Shown: positions 23,632 through 34,231 of the stretch, one piece after another
How the letters are laid out: the number at the start of each line of letters is the position of its first letter
Position numbering within the stretch: the stretch's first letter is position 1
Assembly: GCA_010093995.1 (NCBI GenBank)
Contig: ML992508.1
Coordinates: 468,506 to 532,505 of the forward strand
DNA: 64,000 bases
Direction: 5' to 3'
Source of the DNA: Elsinoe ampelina
Lineage: Eukaryota
Translations under genes and position numbers: made by a program
The notes under the pieces: generated by a model
Told to the model about the DNA's origin: nothing
The model's database searches: none
What the model saw: only the letters and a program-made list of their open reading frames with translations

Positions 23632-26600
23632 ATGGAACATCTACCACGACACCGTTCCTTCCAGAGATCGACCTTCTTTCCTGACGTCCCATATCTCTCG
23701 CCACCAAGTCACATTTCGACGCTCATCACACTACTCCATTCATCTCCCACCGATGCTCTGCAGGAGATCTACCATGGAGTGAGCGGTATATCACAGTGTG
23801 CTGCGGCAGTACAACACTCAGTATACTTTGGATTACTTGCCGCCTGGTCGGGAAAGCCGGTCGATTTACGGCAATGGAGTGCAACTGACCCGCGAGGTCA
23901 GCAGCTGCTGAATACCCATTTTCTCAACCCTGTGCTAGCAGAATGGACTTTGAATTACCAAGTATTGACCGGCAAGGCTAGATTGGAGCACACAAACTAT
24001 CTTCGAAGACTGCTTTCATTCGTGGCGCGCATTTGCGACGCCTGCGTGATTGGAGAGTCAGATGAGCGGGGCACGACTAGCAGTCCTAGCGAGGGTATGA
24101 CGAGCGAGCTGGAGCTCATTAAGTTCAGTATTCGCATTCTGGTCGCTACCTTAGAGCTCTGTCTGGAATCAGTGACGCCTGTTCTCAATGGTAAAGAGAC
24201 ACAGAATTGCCGCACAACGCTGAGGGAGTTAATTGATCTCGACGATGAGCGTTTGAGGCTGCTTGCTCTAGCAGGATGGTGTCCTCACCAAGTGCGGCTC
24301 ATATGGAGCAACTATGCTTGGCTGACCGCATTGTATCTCCTCTCACTTGAGCGCACGCAGCGCGTCGCAGATGAACATCTCCCCTGTCTGGATCAAGTCT
24401 CATGCAGCGCAAACGCCCTGAATATGGCGAGTTATAAATCGCGCCATCGCAGCAAGGATTGTGGCTGTCTGCCTGTCACTGTGGATGAGAAGTTGACCTC
24501 ACACAGTATCCAACAGGGAGAGGTCCCCCTGGTAGTTTCAGCGTCTGGACAGGATCTGGAAGATGGACAGGTCAACTTCGAGAACCGCAAGGCGAGCACA
24601 AGATACATGACTGTAAGTCACGTCTGGGCCGACGGGTTGGGGAATCCATTCAAGAACAGCATGCCAAGCTGTGAGTTCGAGCAGTTGCAACACCAGCTTC
24701 GGGAGATGCCCAAATCACACAATACCCAGCAATTTGACGTACTTGGATACAAGATCGACTGGCCTCGACAGAGCTTTGAGAGGGCCGATGCAACCCGGAC
24801 GCCGCCGGTATGGATTGACGCGCTCTGCATTCCGGTATATCATGTGTATGCGCCGCAGCGAAGGAAAGCCATTGCTCAAATGGCGTCCATATACGCAGGC
24901 GCGGAACAGAATCTCGTCCTTGACAGGGAGCTGCAAGCGCATCGGCTCTCTGGAGCCTCAGCGACCGAGATCCTGGCAAGAGTGATAGTCAGTAACTGGA
25001 TGACTCGGTGCTGGACTTTGCAAGAAGGCGTGCTTAGTCGCGAGTGCGTGTTTCAATTCGCAGATGGTGCCATAGATCCAATGAAGACATGGTCTTCTGG
25101 AGGTCCACGCTTTATCCGCTACAATGGTAACAATACCTTCCCTACCGTCCATCAATATCTTGAAAGATTCATATATGGAGATCTTTACAACATATTATGG
25201 AACAAGCTCAGAGAGGATACGAAGACGTCAAACCGTCCAGAAGGAAAGTACCGATCCCTACTAGACGGCAGAGCCCTCGACCACGAAGAAGCGAAAGCGA
25301 GACACACCGCTCTGAAGAGGATAACAATGGATCGTAACAATGACTCGGACGAGAACCACTTCCGAATGCTTGCGACCAGTGCCTCGCGCTGTGAAAAGCT
25401 TGTGTCAGCCTGGAACGAGCTTGCCCAAAGATCTACGACCAAGAAGGAAGACGTCGCCACAATACTAGCCAACCTCATGGACTTCCATGTGTATGGCGTG
25501 CAGCGCATCAATGGAGATGGACAAGCTGACAAGCTGGTCAGCTCGAGTGTCAGTGCTTTGCGGATGAGGTCGATGCTGCTTAGCTTCGAGGAGCTGCCGC
25601 TGTCACTCCTTTCACAGGAGGGATGGGCTGAGCAACCCCATGGATTGACATGGATCCCCATAGCGCCAGCTTCCCTGCTCAGCCACCCGCAGGACACCAT
25701 GGCAGTACTCGGCGATCGGTTGGTGGTCCAAGGAGTAAAGGTATCCGCACACCGACTGCTACTGGTTCAAGCACCACCTCTGGACAAAAGTCCATATTTT
25801 ATTCGATGCCGTGAGTCAGCCGAACAGTACTGTCTCGACATGAAGTTGCTTCGCCAAAAGTCGGACATGTACGTCAATGACCCCAGCAATATCCTGTGCC
25901 TCATCATGCCTCCCGCTCCCTCAGACAAGTCATCCAATCTTCCAAGAAAAGTAGCAGTACTGCGAATCACCAGCTACAACTCTACCAACACCGGCTCCAA
26001 GACGAGTCAACATATCAATCTTCACGCCCACTACCTGGGCTGCATTACCGCCATCTGTACCACGTCCACTGACACCACCACCACCACTACCAGTTCTACC
26101 ACCACAACCCTCCCTCTCCATTGGTCCGTCCATATCTCACTCGGTACCCATCTCCCTGCCCCATTCTGATCCCCTGCTTACCCATTCCAGAAGGCGCCTG
26201 TCCTACCCGGCTCCCCGTCCGCCTGGCCCCCGACTTGATCACCCGCTCCGCCTCCGGACACATCGTCATACTCTGCACCTCCATCTTCCCTGCCATGGGT
26301 TGCATGATTGCATTTGCCGTTTACCAATCCAAAGAGACACCAGGTCTCAGTCCCCTGACGACAAGGCTGTTGGTGGCTTTTGTAGCCTTGTACGCGTCGA
26401 GTTGGCTTGTGGCGTTGGGTCTGATAGGGGTGGCGATGCCGGTGGCGAGAAGGGCGTGGATGGCTTCGTTTGAGGAGGGGTGGGATAAGGGGAGAAGTTG
26501 GTGGGGTTGGTGGCTATGGATCGAGGACTGGGAATGGGTGGAGTGGGTGAGGGGAAAGCTGAGGGCTTTCAGGAGGTCGATTGGGAAGAGAGGTGGAGGG

Positions 26601-26762
26601 GATGCGGAGATGAGGGTCGATGCGGATGACATGTTGTTGCTGAGGAAATTGGGACTGAGTGAATGCGACTTGGAGGACATGGCTGAAGCTGGTAAAAAGG
26701 ACCCAAGCGGCGAGCGCAAGGTAGAACAGACGTGCGGTAACTTGAGTATCTCGGTCACTTGA
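23632..26762 (+). CDS. Heterokaryon-incompatibility (HET) domain protein with C-terminal hydrophobic segments
   Basis: HET motifs YMTVSHVWADGLGN, WIDALCIP, MASIYAGA, WMTRCWTLQEG, RSTTKKED. Intron 26144-26190 (GTACCC..CTGAT..CAG) joins the 845-aa ORF in frame to ORF 26121..26762. Confidence 0.85.
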
Positions 26763-26990
26763 ACGGACATCCAGGATGGATAGCCAGTGAGCAGAAGTAA
26801 ATATTGATTCATTACTGGATATCATATCTCGTTCCCGACCTTCAAGCCCGATGACCAAACCAGTATAGCCGCCTGTCTCGGAGTCCAAATGCGCCAATGC
26901 CATCACATAGGCAGTCCTCTCCACTCAACCTCGTCCGACCTCATCGCTCCAGGGGTATCGCTTGCTGAGGGCAAAGTTTTGCGACAAGAG

Positions 26991-27281
26991 CTAAGACCGA
27001 AGCACGACATACAAAGCGTGAATGATGCCGGGAATGTCTGTATCATGTAAGCACTGTCAGACTCGAGGGGATAATCGTGAGAAGCTTACATCCGAGGATA
27101 GTCAACAGAATGTTGATGAGCAGGTCGGGGCTGCATCTCCGCTGCTTCCACAAGACACCGAGAGGAGGGATGAAGATGGCGAGGATGATGGAAACGAGAT
27201 CGCTGGTGAGATGTGAGCTAGATGCCATACTTTTGTCGTCGTCACTCGGGGTCTAGCGGGGAGCGCTTACCTGCCAGCCAT
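26991..27281 (-). CDS. PMP3: Pmp3/UPF0057 plasma-membrane proteolipid
   Basis: Spliced product MAGSDLVSIILAIFIPPLGVLWKQRRCSPDLLINILLTILGYIPGIIHALYVVLRS; two introns. Confidence 0.93.
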
Positions 27282-27882
27282 TGCTGCTGTGTTGTGTTGA
27301 GGTAATGAGGATGTTGCGGTGACGTTCGAGTGAGGTCTAAGATGGTAGATTGGTTCTTCAGGTACTTGTGTTGATGAGAAGAGCTTTAGATTTGCGGAAG
27401 CGCTGGAATATAAGCGGGACCTGATGTTTCGCGATGACGTAGAGGGTCATGCAGGACGGGTTGGACCAACGCGCGGAACACGGCTCACTTCTCTGGCCAA
27501 TCCTGATTCCAAGCCTCAATTTTGCGTCACTTCAAAAGTCAAAGCCTTGCCAGGCAGAAGAATCTGGACGCTGGTTAAATTAATGTGGCTAAAAATGCGA
27601 TAAGCGCTGGCTCGGAAATGTCCACGACCAATGTCAGATTGACGACAAGGTTGGATGTCTTGATCGCACTCGCAAGCCGCACTCATTTGCTACCATTCCA
27701 GCTTTCTCCTCCAAGTCTACGCCTTTTTCACATCACTAACCTTCGATGGCATTGAACTTGCATAACGCTCACCACGACTTCTGGCCGACGGGAATATGAG
27801 GTGACGCGATCTGAGGCCATACTCCCGAGGCATCGGATATGCTGGGTCAGGGTGTTTGCCGGGAATGCAGGTACAGCGTCGT

Positions 27883-28560
27883 TCATCTACTTTCCTTGAT
27901 GCACTGATTCAATGTCTTCACGTACTCATCCACCTCTTTCGCGCCGACCAAGGTAAAGTCCCGACGCTTCCCTTCGATCACAATGTACGGCACGCTATCA
28001 ATGCCGTTACCAGCTTGCTCGCGAATGAGCATTTTGACGTCCATCAAGTCTTCGTCCTGATCATCGATGAACGATTTTGCTTCATCCTCTGGAACTCCAG
28101 CTTCTACCGTCGCAGCAAGTAATGTCTCTTTGGATGTTGGGTGCTCTTCCTCCTCAAAGAAGCGCCGGTATAGCGCATTGACAATCTTGTCTGCGACGTC
28201 TGGCCCCTTTTTCTCCTGGAAATGGTGTATCACCCTATGCGCTTGAACCGTATTCGCCATGGTACCGCCAAACTTGAAATCGATTCCTTCTGCTATACCA
28301 TAGGCACTCATCAAGGTCGTGTACATCTTCATCTTCTCTTCCGTGTCCCCGTATCGCGACTTCTGATACCACGCAACCCTATCTTCTCCTTCTTCCGATG
28401 CATCCGGGTATAGCTGATACGGGAAGTATTGAACCGTGATTTCGGCATCTGGAGTCTCCTCGCGAACTTTGGCTAGAGCTTTGCCCAACCGACGTTTGGC
28501 GATGTACGTCCAAGGACAAACGGTATCGAGAGTGAAAGAGACAGGAACCTGAACTCCCAT
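27883..28560 (-). CDS. DsbA/FrnE-like thioredoxin-fold protein
   Basis: MGVQVPVSFTLDTVCPWTYI (single active-site Cys), FPYQLYP, GIDSVPYIVI cis-Pro loop. Confidence 0.88.
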   Translation of the reverse strand: MGVQVPVSFTLDTVCPWTYIAKRRLGKALAKVREETPDAEITVQYFPYQLYPDASEEGEDRVAWYQKSRYGDTEEKMKMYTTLMSAYGIAEGIDFKFGGTMANTVQAHRVIHHFQEKKGPDVADKIVNALYRRFFEEEEHPTSKETLLAATVEAGVPEDEAKSFIDDQDEDLMDVKMLIREQAGNGIDSVPYIVIEGKRRDFTLVGAKEVDEYVKTLNQCIKESR

Positions 28561-29225
28561 TGTTGCCGGACTGCCGAGCTGCCGAGCGCCCGAGTCAATG
28601 TGCTGGTAGGTCCGCCGTTGACTGCTTTTCGTATACTGTGGCCGATCTTTCAGTATGATTTGCACTCAAGCCACCAGGAAACACTGAAAATAGAAGCATA
28701 AAGCTCAAGAAACGAAGACTGGGAACAACGGTGACGCAACGGCCCCGCCCCCGCTTCGCTTGATGACGATCTGCCGTAAAGCCGCAGAGCCGCAACTCTA
28801 TACACACTACCTCGATGGCCAACACAAGTTGCTCCACGGGCTTCCTATCGACCATGATAGGTGCATGAACATGCTGGGAGCCCATAAATACTCACATATT
28901 GTCCAAGTACTTCTGCTCTCTGCGCCATTATATCCGACGTCGAGACAACCATCATCATCCTTGTGGCGCAGCATCAAAGGCCGTTGTATAAGACCGTTGA
29001 GCCAGCCTCTGGCAGGCAACGCGAGGCTGGTGTATTGATATGGAGAATCGAGTGGCACTGAAAATGCTGGAGACTACAGGTATAAGATGGATCTGCGGAT
29101 CGGTAGGTCTGTCTCTCATCATCACATTCACTACAACCGCGTCAAAGGCAGATCAAGTACACTGCACCAAACACTACCATCAAATTCTGATCCAGCCCAA
29201 ATAATCACTCATATAATTTATCAAC

Positions 29226-29879
29226 ATGAAGGGCCTCAGCACCATCGCCTTTTTCTCCACCATTGTGCTGGCCACAGCTCAGTTTCACTTCAACGAGAAG
29301 GACAGCACATTCTCTTGCACACAAACGTCAGGCCTGGCCGCCTACTGCGCTGGTGGCGACATCATCATTCGATGCTCAAACGGCGTTGGTAGTGCAGGTA
29401 ACTGCAACGACAACCTCGCTGGCGAGTACCCCTATGGCAACAATGGTCTTGCTGGATGCTACCAAACCGCTCCTTCTACTGGCGATGCCGCCTGCACAAA
29501 GGCTGGACTAGTCTACCCCGCGACTGGCGCTGGCGACAGCCGCAACACCGATCCTTACCCTATCCCGGGCGCGAACAAGGTCGTCGCCCCACAGCCCGTC
29601 GGGACGGGCGTTCCACTCTCTACAGGGACGGGTTCCCCCAACGCCAACAATGACCAGAGCCCTGCCTACTGGTCAAACTCCACAACCGTCACCATCAAGC
29701 CGGTGCCGGCCTTCACCGCTGGAGCTACTATTCCTGTTACCACTGCACCAGGAGCCGCCAGCACGAGCATGAGCACGAGCAGGCCTCAGGTCTACACTGG
29801 TGCAGCCATTCCTCAGACACAACCCTCGACAAAGCCATACTGGGCATTTGCAATCTTTGCTGTGGTCGCCCTTTTATGA
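29226..29879 (+). CDS. Secreted Cys-rich, Thr/Pro-rich, probably GPI-anchored protein
   Basis: Signal peptide; six-Cys domain (YCAGGDIIIRC..GNCNDNLAG..GDAAC); S/T/P stalk; hydrophobic C-terminus. Confidence 0.85.
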   Translation: MKGLSTIAFFSTIVLATAQFHFNEKDSTFSCTQTSGLAAYCAGGDIIIRCSNGVGSAGNCNDNLAGEYPYGNNGLAGCYQTAPSTGDAACTKAGLVYPATGAGDSRNTDPYPIPGANKVVAPQPVGTGVPLSTGTGSPNANNDQSPAYWSNSTTVTIKPVPAFTAGATIPVTTAPGAASTSMSTSRPQVYTGAAIPQTQPSTKPYWAFAIFAVVALL

Positions 29880-30377
29880 ACCCTAGCATTCGATAGGGAG
29901 CAGGCTCTCCCAAGCGCCCTCTTCTTCTTCACCGCGACGGTCGTCATGGTTCTTTTTGAGTTTGTCGGTTGAACCGACTGCCTATCCACTCCTTGGTACT
30001 TTCAACCTTCCCGCCACTCCTTAGGATACACCGATATCTGTTTCCATATCTGGGCTCGGCGTTCGACCACGGCGAAGCATTGATGCCGCCATTGTACAAC
30101 ATTCCGCGATTTGGCCTGGTCAGCAGCCTCGATTGAGGGTACCACACAGTCATTTGCCCTTGGTTGGTTGAGCATGGTCTCCTACCATGGACTGAAGAGG
30201 AAGCATAAAATGCTTCTCTCCCGCTCTCTCTCACCACATTCACTACCTCTCTGCTTCTCCCAACCCCTGATACCAGCGCTAGCCGCATCTTTATAGATAG
30301 ACCTGCCAAGAGCAGTCAGTCCCAGAATCTAATACTCACTTGAACCAATCTACCTCTTCAATGCCCCGTGACCTCTT

Positions 30378-31142
30378 TCAACCAATCATACTCTTCTTCC
30401 TCCCCCTCATCCTCACATCCTCCAACCTCTTCAACGCCACCTTCGCCCCTTTGTAACTCTCCCCATACGCACCCAGCACCTCTTTCGCAAACAACTCCTC
30501 CAGCTCCGGATGCGTACTCCCAAACGCCCTTTCGAGAACATACAAATCCACCGCACGCTCCTCATCCGCCGTCCCCATCTGCGCCAACCCAAAATCAATC
30601 AACACAATCTTCGCCTCCCCTCCCCCCTCCCGCCCCCACTCAATCAACATATTACTACTCGTCAAATCCCCATGCACCACGCCCGCAGCATGCAACCTCC
30701 CCACCGCCCCGCCCACCAACCGCAACACCCTCTCCACCAGGCCCCTCCCCTGCCCCTCCCCCTCTTCCCCCCCCCCCCCCCCCTTCACCCCCATGAGAAA
30801 CCTCTTCACCATCTCCCCCCCGCTCCAGCTTATCGCCAACCACCCCTCCTCGGCCCCCACCCCCAGCACAGCCGGCACCGGCACCCCTTCTTTGCAGCAT
30901 TTGTTCAGGATCCGGGCTTCGGCGAGGATGCGTTGGCGGGTCAGGCGGCGGTCGAGGGTCGGGTGGCGGTAGGGTTTGGGCGGACGGTATTTGAGGGCGA
31001 TGGGGAGGGAGTGGCGGAGGAAGGTGGTGTGGTAGAGGAGGGCTTCGGCGCCTTGGGAGATGAGGGTCAAAGGGGTTGTGGAGGTGGAGAATGGGGAAGG
31101 GAGGGGGAGGGTGGTGGTTGGTGCTGGGTTTGTGTCTGTCAT
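30378..31142 (-). CDS. BUD32: EKC/KEOPS complex kinase Bud32 (PRPK)
   Basis: ISQGAEA, KYRPPKPYRHPTLD, VHGDLTSSNM, LIDFGL, EERAVDLYVLERAF, C-terminal RGRKKSMIG. Confidence 0.96.
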   Translation of the reverse strand: MTDTNPAPTTTLPLPSPFSTSTTPLTLISQGAEALLYHTTFLRHSLPIALKYRPPKPYRHPTLDRRLTRQRILAEARILNKCCKEGVPVPAVLGVGAEEGWLAISWSGGEMVKRFLMGVKGGGGGEEGEGQGRGLVERVLRLVGGAVGRLHAAGVVHGDLTSSNMLIEWGREGGGEAKIVLIDFGLAQMGTADEERAVDLYVLERAFGSTHPELEELFAKEVLGAYGESYKGAKVALKRLEDVRMRGRKKSMIG

Positions 31143-31210
31143 GAGAGTGAAGGAACGGTGGTCGGTGTCGAGACGGGCAAGTGGTGCGGGAGTGGTGAAG
31201 TGAGGTGCGG

Positions 31211-31220
31211 TGAAATTTTT
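31211..31220. promoter_or_regulatory. RRPE-like motif TGAAATTTTT upstream of BUD32
   Basis: Resembles the ribosome-biogenesis RRPE element; about 70 bp upstream of the BUD32 ATG. Confidence 0.3.
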
Positions 31221-31426
31221 GGCGGGGTTGGTGATGGTGGGGCAGCTTCACGCTGAGACAGGGGAATTCACATGCATGGTCAATTGAAAGTGTCTGTATC
31301 CATGACAAGCTCGTTTGAGCTGATGTATATATGCTTGGGTATATAATGCAACAATGACCACCACAGCCAGACCGAACGCCATGCTGAACAGCAAATTTGG
31401 CGAGACTGATCTCGCGGCCACGGTAT

Positions 31427-33338
31427 TTATCCCTTTGACTTCCTCTTCCCCCCCTTCTCTTGACTGCCTATCATCATGTCTGCATTATCAACCTGAAGCT
31501 TAGCCTCCATAATACTCTTTGTAATGAACTCCTTCTTGTAGACATTGACGCCCTTCTGAAGCAGAGCAGAAGCTGCCAGATCTGAATCCTCTACGCCAAT
31601 GACCAATGTGTCCTCGTCGACGGTAGCGTTCTTGGTAACAGCTTTCTTCTCGACTTTCGCGCCTGCCTGCTTAAGGACTCGTTGAATATTACCACTGCCT
31701 TCGGAACCCCAAGCAGTCAGAATCGCTTGGGTGAAGACAACTTTCCTACCAGAAAACAGGGTGGATCGATCCGTATTCACGTCTTTCTGCTCAGCAACTT
31801 GGAAATCCGTAGGCTCCACGATAGCTTGAGCTTTTCGGCAAGCGGCAACCCAAGCATCAGAAATGATGGGCTGATCCTGAACGAGTGCAGACAAGATTTT
31901 GCTGGTCGATTTGAGGTCAGGCGCGGTACAAACGTAAGTTTCGGATTTGTCGTCGAAGTCATCTTTGATGTTTACGCCCAAGTTGATAAGCATCTGTTGA
32001 TTTGCCGCCGAGTCTTTCTTCGTGCTGGAGAATACGACGTTGATCGGTCTTCCTGCAATGCCAACCGCTTCTTGGTCCTTAGAAGGATGCTTAGTCGCTT
32101 TCGCTCCCTTCCTCGCCTTCGGTGCGGCCTTCTTCGCAGCCGGAGAGGGCGAATCGGACGCCTCTGACATTGCCTTCAAATTCTTGGTTCTCGACCTCTT
32201 GTCGGTACTGTGAGTAGCAGTGGAATCTCTTTTGATAAGACCAGTGGCCATAGTGTCATTTGGAGTCTCGTCAAGCTCAACCGTCTTCTGTCGCTTTGTT
32301 TTCTTCTTGGTTGGTGAAGCCTTGTCCTCATCGGGCTCGAGCTCGGCGTCTTCTGCAGGCAGCTTCCTCTTGGATCTACCATAGGTGTTCCTTGCAGTCG
32401 TCGACTTGTGCTTCTGAAAGCCAGTAGGAAACCCGGCTTCGAGTTCGGGTGGTTGATGTGAGCCGTCGGGTGCGTCAGGCTCATCAATATCGGCCTCGTC
32501 TGCAGCGTCATTCTCGCCCTTGGTGATATCGGACTGATGTAGGATGGACTCGACTTGTGCAGGAATTGGCGATGTGGCCCCGCTGATATTTGCTTGCCCA
32601 TTCATCTGGCTGACCCCAATCGTGCGGGGTGCAACCGGTGTATCCTGGACAACCTGGGCACTGCTCTCCTGAGCTGTGGAATAGACATGTTGCTGCGACT
32701 CCGGACTATGCTTCTGAACCTTCTTGGTATTTTGCAACGTGGGAAGATCAGAGGTACCAGCGTCCAGGTCGCCATCTTCCACGTCAGTCTCGTCGTCGAC
32801 CTCGCCATTGAGCAGCGTTGCAGGTACTAAGCCATCCGTCAAGTGTTGGCGGTTGTCAGCGCCACCTGGTACAGGGACGGAGGATGAAACTTCGACACGT
32901 GGTAGATCCATCTCAAAACGAACCGACACTTCTTGGTCAGGGAAGCTGATCTCGTCCCCGGATCGCAGAAGGTTGTATTGGATCAGCTTGTCGGTAGAAA
33001 TGTCCAAATGGGTTTGCACTCGTTGCTGACCCATTGTGGATGGATTCAAGTCGACACGTACAAGTGTGACCGATGGCTGGAAGGAGATCGTGCCGTACTT
33101 GATTTCTGCCGACGATCAATTAGATGTAGCATAGCTGTGTCATGCTTTAGGACTCACCGAAGACTCCATAGCATTCTCTCGAATCGTGGTCCGGATCCAA
33201 ACCGAATGTCAGTATATACTGGTCATCCTTGTCAAGAACTAGTCGGATTTTTGCGCCCTGTCTGCCGGGGACGGGCTGTTCTATTTCCTGTGATGCAGCG
33301 TTGCCAGTCAGATAAAAGCGCCAATTCATTGACGCCAT
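31427..33338 (-). CDS. Tandem-BRCT domain protein with possible N-terminal FHA-like domain
   Basis: C-terminal BRCT features (VVFSS, KSTSKILSAL..PIISDAWV..C, LFSGRKVVFT, VLKQAGAKV). Exon 1 (ORF 33147..33338) is joined via intron 33106-33157; acidic/Lys-rich disordered middle. Confidence 0.8.
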
Positions 33339-33464
33339 CTCGGAATGCGTATGTCGTCAAACATGGCGGGATTCGCAGATGAACAGAGGTTTGAGAGGTG
33401 CAAGTGTTTGCTTCGTGATAGTTGAACAAGGTAGGCAGCATTCACAGTCGTCGCCACGTGAAAG

Positions 33465-33540
33465 ACGCGACGCGTGGGTGAGCCATGCCGCATTTGAGCC
33501 GAATTTTGAACCACTTTGTCGCACGTCATGCACGCGCGAA
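33465..33540. promoter_or_regulatory. Cluster of MCB-like elements (ACGCGA, ACGCGT, CGCGAA) upstream of the BRCT gene
   Basis: acgcgacgcgt at 33465-33475 and cacgcgcgaa at 33531-33540, 130-200 bp upstream of the ATG. Confidence 0.45.
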
Positions 33541-34231
33541 CCACACCTCAGTACTTCAACCACTCCCATCATGCCTCCAATGTTCAGCTGGGTCGGTCAA
33601 CCTGCCATGACTGGCACACTTCGCGTTGCGTATTGTGTATTTCATCGACTGTAAGGTCGTGGCCGAGTCGAAGACGATGTGCCTCGTTCCCATCTCACCC
33701 CAACAGCCCAGACATTGGACATTGATGTCTTCACATTCACAGGCCTCAGGGACGCGAGCAGGAGAACGATGTAGTACTAGTGATCTGGGAACGGACAGTG
33801 CTTCTGTGTTGATGTGGAGGCCTGTGGCTGGATCACGTCTCGCCACAATCCTGAGAACAATACTAAGCACTCAGACCAAACAACGCCCGCCCACCACGTT
33901 AGGTAAGTGTATTTCTGCACATGTCCTGGAATCTTACATTTGGATGAGAGGCTTCCATGAATATCACGCTGCGTATTGTTTGTCTCAAGAATGGCGTCGA
34001 TCGTCCGTCATACTAGTATCGATATTGTCTTGAGGCAATGCATACTGCTATGATTGTCACTTATGCCTCTCATGTATCACACAAGCTACATGCTCTTTCA
34101 AGAGAAAGTACTTGTACGCATGTCTTCCTTGTTACACTCTTCTCCTTGTTTACTTCGCATCTCATTGGCGGCCCTCTACACTGGTTCTGGATCGACTCTC
34201 CATCACTCCCAAGGTTAGCCCTCTCCCTGCC

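Noticed and set aside
27203..27270. Possible nested intron (stwintron) in PMP3 intron 1
   Set aside because: A single GT-AG intron already gives the correct frame; the internal AAG/GTATGG lacks a convincing branch point.
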